DNA of 64,000 bases from an uncultured Candidatus Saccharibacteria bacterium. Lineage in GTDB: Bacteria; Patescibacteriota; Doudnabacteria; UBA920; O2-02-FULL-48-8. Every line of letters starts with the position of its first letter. Within the stretch, counting starts at the first letter, position 1. The translations under genes and the position numbers were made by a program. The notes under the pieces were generated by a model that saw nothing but the letters and a program-made list of their open reading frames with translations, ran no database searches and was not told the origin of the DNA. This document shows, piece by piece, positions 29,593 to 38,198 of the stretch. The DNA is taken from positions 639,157 through 703,156 of the forward strand of contig CAZSDS010000001.1 of NCBI GenBank assembly GCA_964605735.1, in the 5' to 3' direction.

Positions 29593-30831
29593 CTATTTGG
29601 CTATTGCGGCCTTCTGCGGAGTTTTTGTGCTCAGGAATAAGGCTAAAACCACTAAAAGCACCCCTAAAACCGCTAAAATCGCAGGAATTGTGTATCTGTC
29701 CGCCAAAGCACCGACAATTACCGTAGGAAGAGTGGCGCCAAGCTGTAAAAGCAGGAAAAGACTGGCATAAACCCGTCCCCGGTGCTGTTCGTCCACGTTT
29801 TCCTGCAGTAAAGAATGGCTGGGTGCAAAGATATAAGTGTTAAAAAGCCCTAAAATAAAGGCCAAAACCGCATAATTCCAATAATTTCCAGGGGTAACCA
29901 AAAGAGCAATCAGGAATGTGATGACTCCGCACCCCATAAAACCTATCTTAACCATGCGGCGCTTGCTCAAAAACTCGCCCTCCCAACCCAAAAGCAAGGA
30001 TCCAAGCAAAATTCCCACTGCCAAAGGCAAAATCATGGCCAAAGTCCCCTGCTCCAGCTCAAACCCCAACACTTGAGAAACAAAGGCCGGAGCCATCGTA
30101 ATAATCATCCCATTGAATACCTGCACTGCCACTAAAGCCACAAAAGAAAAGTGCACCCGGTGATTTTCAACCAAAATCCTCAAACCGTCCTTGAATTCGC
30201 CCCAAACATTCTTGAAATAATGAGCTTTGTGCGGATGATCATCATGCGGTTTAAGGCTTGGAAGCATAAGTGCGGCAATTCCGGCAAGGATCATCAGGAC
30301 AAAAGCTGCCCAAAACGGTCCCTGCTGGCCAAAAGCCAGGCTCAAAGGCGCGGCCAGTGCAAACCCAAGAATCATTGAAAGGTTGGCAGTGAAAGAAAAA
30401 AAGCTGTTGGCAACGAGAAGATGCTCCTTAGGCACCAGATTAGGAATGGATGGCGCTTCAGCAGGCAGGTAAAACTGGTTAAATGAAGAGTACAGGAAAG
30501 TAATGACAGCCAGAGCCACAAAATTTTTCTCAAAAGGAATATATCCAAGAATTACAAAAGCTTGGGCAAAGGTAATCAGAATTAAAAGGTTCCGGCGGTC
30601 AAAGCGGTCTGCATAAACGCCGGCAAGACTGCCAAAGAAAACTGTTGCCAAACCAAACGCAACTAAAATAATGGAAACCGCCAGTGATGATTCAGTTAGT
30701 TTAAACGCCTGCAATAAAACCGCAAAGCTCAATATATATCTGACAAGCTGGGTGCAAACTTGCGTGAACCACAGTTTGGCAAAATCATAATTTTTCAATA
30801 CCGCAATATACGGGCGCAGATGTCCTGTCAT
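29593..30831 (-). CDS. MFS transporter
   Basis: GVYADRFDRR motif A, about 12 TMs, HRGRV in the second half. Confidence 0.9.
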   Translation of the reverse strand: MTGHLRPYIAVLKNYDFAKLWFTQVCTQLVRYILSFAVLLQAFKLTESSLAVSIILVAFGLATVFFGSLAGVYADRFDRRNLLILITFAQAFVILGYIPFEKNFVALAVITFLYSSFNQFYLPAEAPSIPNLVPKEHLLVANSFFSFTANLSMILGFALAAPLSLAFGQQGPFWAAFVLMILAGIAALMLPSLKPHDDHPHKAHYFKNVWGEFKDGLRILVENHRVHFSFVALVAVQVFNGMIITMAPAFVSQVLGFELEQGTLAMILPLAVGILLGSLLLGWEGEFLSKRRMVKIGFMGCGVITFLIALLVTPGNYWNYAVLAFILGLFNTYIFAPSHSLLQENVDEQHRGRVYASLFLLLQLGATLPTVIVGALADRYTIPAILAVLGVLLVVLALFLSTKTPQKAAIAK

Positions 30832-31223
30832 TATTTTTTCTTTGGAATGGTTATGTTAGGCTGGCGGTCATAAAAAACTTCAACTGATTTTTTTCCTTTG
30901 TCCCTGGCCACGGCGCTGAAGTTGATGCCAGTCCCCAACTTCTTTACGCCGACCACCGGAATGCCAAGCGCATACGCTAAAGTGTTCGCAGTTACCACTC
31001 CGGTACGGACGCGGCTGAATGAACCAGGGCCAGTGACCACCCCCAGCTTGTTTAATTTCTTCAAAGTCAGTTTATTTCTTTTCAGAAATTTTTCAATTTC
31101 AACATGCAGGTTTTCAGACTGCGAGCGCCTGCTGTTCCACCCATATGTTTTCACCAAACCTTTGTTGTCCAGCAAATAAAAAAAGGTTTGTTCCGGACCT
31201 GAGGTGTCAATAAAAAGCATCAT
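30831..31223 (-). CDS. tsaB: tRNA threonylcarbamoyladenosine biosynthesis protein TsaB (short)
   Basis: LFIDTS, GPGSFS.VR.G...AN.LA..L.IP.VGV. Confidence 0.88.
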   Translation of the reverse strand: MMLFIDTSGPEQTFFYLLDNKGLVKTYGWNSRRSQSENLHVEIEKFLKRNKLTLKKLNKLGVVTGPGSFSRVRTGVVTANTLAYALGIPVVGVKKLGTGINFSAVARDKGKKSVEVFYDRQPNITIPKKK

Positions 31224-31253
31224 AAAAATGTTTCAACTATACTTGAGTAAAAA

Positions 31254-32171
31254 CTAACGAAGCAGTCTTCTTAACTTTCGACCACCGGTGTAAACATTAT
31301 ACCAAAGCGGCGACAAGACCACGTCAAAAGTGCCCGGATAACGCACTTCAAACCCGCCGAACCCGCGCTTGAACCTTGAGATACCAGCCCATTCGTGGTT
31401 TGGATCAGAGGAATAACCGCCCATGTCGTAATTGTAATACCCTAACTGTTTTACTGACTTCATGGCTTCCCAGTGCAGTAAAAACGGGGCCATAACCTGC
31501 TTGTTTCTGTCAGAAGACCCGCCGTGCAGGTAAGTTGCGGTATGGCCATATAAGGAAACCAAGGCACAAGCCAATGGTTCGCCATTCAGCTCAGCAATAA
31601 ATACTTTTAAGTGGTTCGGTGCAAGCGTTTCCCACATCTGCAAGTAATAATTTTGCGAGTGCAAGCGGATTTTGGCGCGCGCTGCTGTCTCCATCAACAG
31701 TTTCCAGACAGAGAGAAAATCGTTTTTTGTTGCTTCGCGGACTGTCACCCCTTTTTTTGCGGCCAAATTCAGATTGTACCTGTGTTTTGGTTTCATTGTG
31801 ACGAGCAGTTCCTGCTCGCTCCCCTCCAAGCCAACCACCCAATTCTCTTTTGGCTGGGTTGCTTTTGGTGCGGCCGGCCAATTAACTGGCTCTGAGGGCT
31901 CCAAACGCAAAAAAACAATCGAGTGATCGCTGACAGCCTGGCTTTTAATGAATCCAGCTGCTTCGTGAGCATTGCCAACCGGACCACGCGGACTGTACCA
32001 GTACTTTTTACCCATCATCAATTCGTGTTCAACAACCTGGCTTGCCCAGCCGTCTCCGCTCAACCGCTCCACTCTATGTCCTTGGGTTTTTTGGAACTCG
32101 CCCCAATCCCAGGACTGCAGAATTCCTCCACCAAGTTCGATTATTTTTTTGTCCCACTGCTCTTTTGTCAT
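31254..32171 (-). CDS. FemAB/FemX-family lipid II peptidyltransferase
   Basis: LQS..WG.F, Y.PRGP, RYN..LA.KKGV, YLHGGS, YDMGG, G..RFK.GFGG. Confidence 0.9.
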   Translation of the reverse strand: MTKEQWDKKIIELGGGILQSWDWGEFQKTQGHRVERLSGDGWASQVVEHELMMGKKYWYSPRGPVGNAHEAAGFIKSQAVSDHSIVFLRLEPSEPVNWPAAPKATQPKENWVVGLEGSEQELLVTMKPKHRYNLNLAAKKGVTVREATKNDFLSVWKLLMETAARAKIRLHSQNYYLQMWETLAPNHLKVFIAELNGEPLACALVSLYGHTATYLHGGSSDRNKQVMAPFLLHWEAMKSVKQLGYYNYDMGGYSSDPNHEWAGISRFKRGFGGFEVRYPGTFDVVLSPLWYNVYTGGRKLRRLLR

Positions 32172-32738
32172 TTACTTGGTCAGCGCCTTAAGAGCTAGTT
32201 TTACTTTGTCCTGCAGATTTAAAATGTCTGTTGGGACTGATTTCAATGCCTCGCGCGCTTCCTGCTGAGAATAACCCAGCGCCAAAAGCGCATCCAGAAC
32301 TTCTGAATGATCTTTGGCTACTGGCGAAGCATCTGCCTGGCCTTTCAATTTGTCTTTCAATTCTATGATGACGCGTTCCGCGGTTTTACGCCCGATCCCG
32401 GAAACTTTCGTGAACACAGATGGGTCTTCGCTGACTATGGCTGACTTGATCATATTTAAACTTGCCAGAGACATAATTCCCAGTGCGGATTTTGGACCAA
32501 CCCCGGAAACTGTCAAAAGCAATTCGAAAAACTCCAACTCTTCCAGTTTTTCAAACCCGTACAAGGTAATTTGGTCTTCGCGCACGTAAGTCATTGTCAC
32601 CAAACTAAGCCTTTGGCTCACGCTTAAATTAGCCAGCAAAATTGGCGTAATAAAAACCTTGTAACCAACTCCTTGGGTTTCCAGGATAATGTAATTGATT
32701 GATTTGTGCTGAACTGTGCCCGTAAGCGATCCGATCAT
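32172..32738 (-). CDS. ruvA: Holliday junction branch migration protein RuvA
   Basis: GVGY, VRED..LYGF, VSGVGPK, GIG.KTAER, AL.ALGY. Confidence 0.96.
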   Translation of the reverse strand: MIGSLTGTVQHKSINYIILETQGVGYKVFITPILLANLSVSQRLSLVTMTYVREDQITLYGFEKLEELEFFELLLTVSGVGPKSALGIMSLASLNMIKSAIVSEDPSVFTKVSGIGRKTAERVIIELKDKLKGQADASPVAKDHSEVLDALLALGYSQQEAREALKSVPTDILNLQDKVKLALKALTK

Positions 32739-32853
32739 ATGCTTTATTATAGCCTACCCAAGAACATTGACAAAACTGCCGTTTTATGGTAATATTTCAT
32801 GTTCTCTGAAATCCTTCAGGAACACAGCAAGTTACGACATCACGCAAGGAGGC

Positions 32854-33741
32854 ATGATGGTTCGAAAGATCCTGTTTACGGTTTTTGCGCTGGCACTGGT
32901 TTCCATGTTCAGTGCGCCGTTAGCTGCTCAGCAGCAGGCTCCGCCAGCCAAGATCACTTTTGGCGCGGACGCCTTGGCCACGGGCACGACTTCCAAATTC
33001 AAGCTCACGCCAAACCCGGTATCCACCATGGTGGAGGCCAGAAAGGATTACGGCGCCGGGTCAATCCGGTTCACTTTCGAAGTGCGCCTCGACGACCGAC
33101 ACTCAACAGAAGTAGCTGTGCGGCGGGATTCATTGGGGGAACCCAATGCCTGGGCACGGAGCACTTCCGGCGAAAGGATCTCGCTCAACAACGACGAATC
33201 GTTCAGCCTGGTGCGTCAGCAGTTCTCCACCGCGAACACGGTCATAGACCTGGCGCATAGGGTCAAACTCGGCAAAGGCTTTTCCGCCGTTGCCGGCATG
33301 TCCTACGCGCTTTTCACCCAAAAGGAAGAGTACCAGGTACTGACCAGCACCGAGCGCGGGTCTCTCAAGTCCGACTATTCTTTCATTGGACCAGTCGCCG
33401 GCGTTTCATACTCGCGGTCCCTTGGGCGGCGCGTGACGCTGACGGGCGAAACCAGCCTCGGCGCGCTTCGGCAGACCGGCGTCGAGACTTTCCGTTACAT
33501 AGATCCGGTTAGCGGCCCTCACTCGAATTCCTCTGATGGCGCTATCTGGTCAATGCAATACCGGTGGACAGCAGGAGCTGCACTTACGCTCACCAACCAC
33601 CTGGACGTCGTCGGCGCCTACTCGTTCCGAGGGATCTACACTTCAAACGGATATTTCGTTTACAAGTGGAGCGAGGAAGGGCCTGTCCCGAACCATCTCA
33701 ACTCCGGAAGCTTTTCAATCGGCTTCCGGGTACGACCGTAG
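32854..33741 (+). CDS. Orphan secreted protein with outer-membrane beta-barrel-like pattern
   Basis: Promoter TTGACA(32767)-17-TAATAT, SD AAGGAGG, signal peptide, alternating amphipathic beta-strands; terminator about 33762-33790. Confidence 0.7.
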   Translation: MMVRKILFTVFALALVSMFSAPLAAQQQAPPAKITFGADALATGTTSKFKLTPNPVSTMVEARKDYGAGSIRFTFEVRLDDRHSTEVAVRRDSLGEPNAWARSTSGERISLNNDESFSLVRQQFSTANTVIDLAHRVKLGKGFSAVAGMSYALFTQKEEYQVLTSTERGSLKSDYSFIGPVAGVSYSRSLGRRVTLTGETSLGALRQTGVETFRYIDPVSGPHSNSSDGAIWSMQYRWTAGAALTLTNHLDVVGAYSFRGIYTSNGYFVYKWSEEGPVPNHLNSGSFSIGFRVRP

Positions 33742-33879
33742 CCTTCAACCGGCTGCGGATAGGGGCGCCAACTCGCGTTGGCGCCCTTTTTATATTTTCC
33801 AAAACACCTTTGACAACAGTAAAGGCATTCAATATACTTAGCTATCGGTTCTTTGTTTTCCGAATGGAGGAGGATGAAA

Positions 33880-34569
33880 ATGCTTTACTATCTCTTGACT
33901 ATGGCTGCAAGCTTGGCAATCACGGTAATGCTGTTCAAGTACTCTCCGCGGTTCATTCGCTCGCTTCGCCTCAAACGGCAAGTTCTTTCCACTGCGCTGA
34001 TCGTGCTGATTGCCGTGATTGTTTCCCCCGCCTACTTCCGGTACGAACCCGGGACAATCTGGGAAAACGGAAAGATCGTCGAGTTCAACGAAAAAGGGTT
34101 CCGGTGGAACATCGACAACAAAGAATTCTTTTTCCCGGAAAACCCACAAGTTTACGTGGCAGGATACGTTTCGGCCCTGACACCCAACCCCAAGATCCAC
34201 CGGGTAAAAATTGAGCTGATTGGCTCAATCTCTGATCCGGAAAAGTTCTACAGTTACCCGGAGCACAGAAAACTTAGAGAGGGGCGGCTGGTACATGCCC
34301 ACAATAACGGCGACAAATACCCTGAGTATTCACCCACTACAGACTTCGAGGCACTAGGAGATTGGTACCTGGAGGACCAGATCGGGAAAATCATCAGCTA
34401 CTACACCATTGAGTTCACAAACCAGAACTCAAATCAGCTGTCAGAATTCCTGAATCCGCTGGAAGAGGAACACCAGCGGCAAGTTGGGCTTCTGACTGAA
34501 TCCTGGATCAATCCCCGGATGGAGTGGATCGGCCTGAAGGTCAAATACAGGAGATTCGTCCTGCAGTAA
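33880..34569 (+). CDS. Orphan membrane protein, possibly a divergent SPFH/Band 7 domain
   Basis: Promoter TTGACA(33810)-17-TATACT, SD GGAGGAGG; two N-terminal TMs; ISDPEKFY and GLKV motifs. Confidence 0.65.
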   Translation: MLYYLLTMAASLAITVMLFKYSPRFIRSLRLKRQVLSTALIVLIAVIVSPAYFRYEPGTIWENGKIVEFNEKGFRWNIDNKEFFFPENPQVYVAGYVSALTPNPKIHRVKIELIGSISDPEKFYSYPEHRKLREGRLVHAHNNGDKYPEYSPTTDFEALGDWYLEDQIGKIISYYTIEFTNQNSNQLSEFLNPLEEEHQRQVGLLTESWINPRMEWIGLKVKYRRFVLQ

Positions 34570-34711
34570 TCGCCCTCACGGGCAAACCCAACACTAGCAC
34601 TGACATTTGTGCCAGTGTTTTTTATTTACCCGGACCACTATACAAAACTTGCCTGGTTTTGTTACACTAAAAGTTGATTTGAATTAACCGGCGGCTCCTT
34701 AAGGAGCATTT

Positions 34712-36709
34712 ATGTCTTTTAAATTACACTCTGAATTCAAGCCTTCCGGCGACCAACCGCAGGCAATAGAAAAACTGGTCAAAGGCCTGGACAAGGGCCA
34801 TCGCTATCAAACACTGCTTGGCGTCACCGGCTCAGGCAAGACTTTCAGCATGGCCAATATAGTGGAGAAGATAAACAAGCCAACCCTGGTCATCTCCCAC
34901 AACAAAACCCTGGCCGCACAGCTTGCCTCAGAGTTTCAGGATTTTTTCCCGGACAATGCTGTCCATTATTTCGTCTCATATTACGATTACTATCAGCCTG
35001 AAGCCTACATCCCCCGCTCTGATACTTACATTGAAAAAGAAACTCAGATAAATGAAGAGATAGATAAATTACGAAACGCCGCCACGCAAAGCTTGCTTTC
35101 CCGTAAGGATGTTTTGATTGTCGCGTCAGTATCTTGTATTTACGGTTTGGGGAACCCTGGAGACTATCTGGAATTATCCATCCCAGTTAAAGTGGGTAGA
35201 TCTTTAAAACGTGATAAATTTTTACGCCGACTGACAGACCTGCAGTTCATGCGCAATGATGTTAATCTGGAGCGCGGAAACTTCCGCGTTCGCGGGGACA
35301 CTATAGAAATTATTCCGGCATCCGCAGATCGTATTTTTAAGATCAGTTTTTTTGGGGATGAGGTTGAATCGATTTCCGAACATGATCCATTGACCGGACA
35401 AGACTGGGGCAAACACCAGGAGATTACCATCTTCCCTGCCAAACACTTTGTCACGCCTAAAGAAAAACTTCTTGCGGCAATCGACAACATTCGGGCGGAG
35501 TTGTTTGACCAGGTCAAACTTCTAAAGTCACAAGGGAAACTTCTGGAGGCGCAAAGAATTGAGCAGCGAACAAATTTCGATATTGAAATGATGTTGGAAA
35601 CAGGTTACGTGAATGGAATCGAGAACTACTCGCGGCACTTGGATTTCCGCAAGCCAGGAGAGCCACCTTCAACGCTTCTGGACTATTTCCCTGACGACTT
35701 CTTGCTGTTCATTGACGAATCGCACATTACCCTGCCACAAATAAACGGCATGTATAAGGGAGACATGTCCCGCAAACAGACTCTGGTTGATTATGGGTTC
35801 CGTCTGCCTTCAGCCATGGATAACCGCCCGCTGAAATTTGAGGAATTTGAAAAGCGAATTGCCCAGACGATTTTTGTTTCTGCTACGCCTGAGCAGAGGG
35901 AATTGCAGGTTTCAAAACAGGTGGCTGAACAACTGATCAGGCCAACCGGCCTGCTTGACCCGGAAATTGAAATCCGCCCGACAAAAAACCAGGTCGATGA
36001 TTTAATGGAAGAGATCCGCAAACGCGTTGGCAAAAAACAGCGCGTGCTGGTTACAACTTTAACCAAAACAATGGCTGAAGAGCTGGCGCAGTACCTGACT
36101 GAGTACCGCATCAAGGTGCATTATCTGCACTCAGACGTGGACACCTTGGAGCGATTGGAAATTTTGCGCGACTTGCGCCTGGGTGTTTATGACGTAGTTG
36201 TTGGCATCAACCTGCTGCGTGAAGGATTGGACTTGCCTGAAGTGTCTTTGGTTGCAATTTTGGATGCGGACAAAGAAGGGTTTTTGCGCTCCCGCACTTC
36301 CCTGATTCAAACCATGGGCCGGGCGGCAAGACACGTGGAAGGCCACGTCATCATGTACGCTGACCGAGTAACCGGATCCATGAAAACGGCAATTGACGAA
36401 GTTGCACGCCGCCGCAAAATCCAGGAAGAGTACAACAAAAAACATGGCATCACCCCTACAGGAATCAAGAAAGTAATCAAAGAAACCCGTTTAGCCGGAA
36501 AGAAAGCCGGTGAAGAAATAAAGACCGAAGAAGCCGACATCACAAAGATGAGCAAACAGGAACTGGCTTACTTGATAGAAGAATTGCGCGACCAGATGGA
36601 TTTGGCCTCCCGCAACCTGGACTTTGAAAAGGCCGCAGAATTGCGCGACCGCATAGCGGCCATCAGGCAAAAAACGCGCAGAACCCGACATAAAATTCGT
36701 TCTGCCTAA
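34712..36709 (+). CDS. uvrB: Excinuclease ABC subunit B
   Basis: [33 protein letters not shown]-terminal UVR domain. Confidence 0.98.
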   Translation: MSFKLHSEFKPSGDQPQAIEKLVKGLDKGHRYQTLLGVTGSGKTFSMANIVEKINKPTLVISHNKTLAAQLASEFQDFFPDNAVHYFVSYYDYYQPEAYIPRSDTYIEKETQINEEIDKLRNAATQSLLSRKDVLIVASVSCIYGLGNPGDYLELSIPVKVGRSLKRDKFLRRLTDLQFMRNDVNLERGNFRVRGDTIEIIPASADRIFKISFFGDEVESISEHDPLTGQDWGKHQEITIFPAKHFVTPKEKLLAAIDNIRAELFDQVKLLKSQGKLLEAQRIEQRTNFDIEMMLETGYVNGIENYSRHLDFRKPGEPPSTLLDYFPDDFLLFIDESHITLPQINGMYKGDMSRKQTLVDYGFRLPSAMDNRPLKFEEFEKRIAQTIFVSATPEQRELQVSKQVAEQLIRPTGLLDPEIEIRPTKNQVDDLMEEIRKRVGKKQRVLVTTLTKTMAEELAQYLTEYRIKVHYLHSDVDTLERLEILRDLRLGVYDVVVGINLLREGLDLPEVSLVAILDADKEGFLRSRTSLIQTMGRAARHVEGHVIMYADRVTGSMKTAIDEVARRRKIQEEYNKKHGITPTGIKKVIKETRLAGKKAGEEIKTEEADITKMSKQELAYLIEELRDQMDLASRNLDFEKAAELRDRIAAIRQKTRRTRHKIRSA

Positions 36710-36828
36710 GCACTTGATTATTCCAAGCAAATCTGCTAGTATCTATTAGTTATTGATTCGGAATCACGTGTCGCTGAAACTGAATCGCTGTGGTCGCACA
36801 TTACACTATTCAATAATTTTATTATCAA

Positions 36829-37098
36829 ATGCCAAATACTAAATCAGCCATCAAGGCTATGCGCCAGAACATCAAGCGCCGAGGCATAAACCTCGAAGTC
36901 CTGTCAAAAGTCAAGAAGGCAGAAAAAGCAGTCCGCAAAAACGTAACTGCCGGCAATCTGGAAGAAGCCAAGAAGGCTTTGCAGAGCGCATATGCCGCCC
37001 TTGATAAAGCAGCCAAGAAACATGTCATCCATGCCAACAATGCTGCCCGCAACAAATCCCGCTTGAGCAAGTTTGTTTCAAAGGCAAGCAAAAAATAA
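36829..37098 (+). CDS. rpsT: 30S ribosomal protein S20
   Basis: MPNTKSA.K..RQ...R...N, LDKAAKK.VIH.N.AAR.KSRL. Confidence 0.95.
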   Translation: MPNTKSAIKAMRQNIKRRGINLEVLSKVKKAEKAVRKNVTAGNLEEAKKALQSAYAALDKAAKKHVIHANNAARNKSRLSKFVSKASKK

Positions 37099-37155
37099 TT
37101 CCCTCCAGTGAGGGTTTTATTTTTGTATAATAAATCCAACGAATTAACTTGACTT

Positions 37156-37494
37156 ATGAAAATACCAACATCTGTTCCAGAAAAAGGTTTTTACTATCAC
37201 TACAAACATGATCCAAACGGGTTAGTCAATAATTATGCTTATGAGCTATTAAATGTTGGGTTGCATACTGAGGATGAGTGTCGTCCAGAAGATGCTAACA
37301 TGGCCATATACCGCCCGCTATACCCAGGATGCTCAGCATACGAAAACGGAAAGTTGTATTATCTCCGACCACTGGAGATGTTTACGGAAACAGTCACCAA
37401 AGGCGGCCGGACATTCCAGCGCTTCACAAAAATCACAGACCCTGAAGTTATACAAAAACTGGAAGAGCTCAAAAAGCAGCTTTACCAAGAATAA
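37156..37494 (+). CDS. DUF1653-family protein
   Basis: G.Y.HYK, HTE, YRPLY, RPL.MF, RF pattern. Confidence 0.8.
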   Translation: MKIPTSVPEKGFYYHYKHDPNGLVNNYAYELLNVGLHTEDECRPEDANMAIYRPLYPGCSAYENGKLYYLRPLEMFTETVTKGGRTFQRFTKITDPEVIQKLEELKKQLYQE

Positions 37495-37615
37495 ACGCCC
37501 CCAAACCGGCGTTTTTTTATTAAATGCAAAACCCCCGTACTTCGCGGCCGAAGTAAGGGGGTGCTTTTCTCTCTCCGCATAATAATACGAAGCAAAAACC
37601 AAAAGGTAACAAATC

Positions 37616-38197
37616 TTAACCCAAAATGCTTTTCTTTATTCCTTCAAACATTTCCGGATTTTGCAAGGCCTTGAGAAACATAACCTTCAATTCCATATCA
37701 TTGAACTCATCCTCACAGACCAGTGAAACAAATTCTTCAAAGCTTACCTGCATAAGCTCAATCTTTTCAGCGCCATCCAGGGACTGCTCTGCAATTTTTT
37801 TGCAGCCGCGGGCAATGAATGTGTAAACAGCCCATTCGATTTTACTGTTTGGCTGGACAGCATCAAACAATTCCCAGTCCTCAGATGCATACCCCGTCTC
37901 CTCCAGCAACTCCCTCTTTGCTGCTTCATGCACATCTTCTCCTTCATCCACCCTTCCGCCAATCAAACTGGTAAATGGTTGCTTGCCCGGCTGCTCCTGC
38001 CTGCTCATTATTATTTTTCCGTCTTCTGTGACAGGAATGATCATGGCAGAGTCCGGCCTCTTTAATTTTTCAAAAATTCTGGTTGTGCCATCATACGCTT
38101 CTGCTTGCCAATGGTAAACGTCAAAAAGTTTCCCAGCAAACACCAGTTTGGCATCCGGCGGCAGAGGCTGTTTTGATTCAGGTCGTTTTACCCGCAT
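37616..38197 (-). CDS. NUDIX hydrolase
   Basis: Nudix box GRVDEGEDVHEAAKRELLEETGY; start MRVKRP just after polA stop. Confidence 0.9.
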   Translation of the reverse strand: MRVKRPESKQPLPPDAKLVFAGKLFDVYHWQAEAYDGTTRIFEKLKRPDSAMIIPVTEDGKIIMSRQEQPGKQPFTSLIGGRVDEGEDVHEAAKRELLEETGYASEDWELFDAVQPNSKIEWAVYTFIARGCKKIAEQSLDGAEKIELMQVSFEEFVSLVCEDEFNDMELKVMFLKALQNPEMFEGIKKSILG

Positions 38198-38198
38198 A

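Noticed and set aside
37528-37568. GC-rich hairpin between DUF1653 and NUDIX genes as a REP
   Set aside because: Single copy, adequately explained as a terminator between convergent genes
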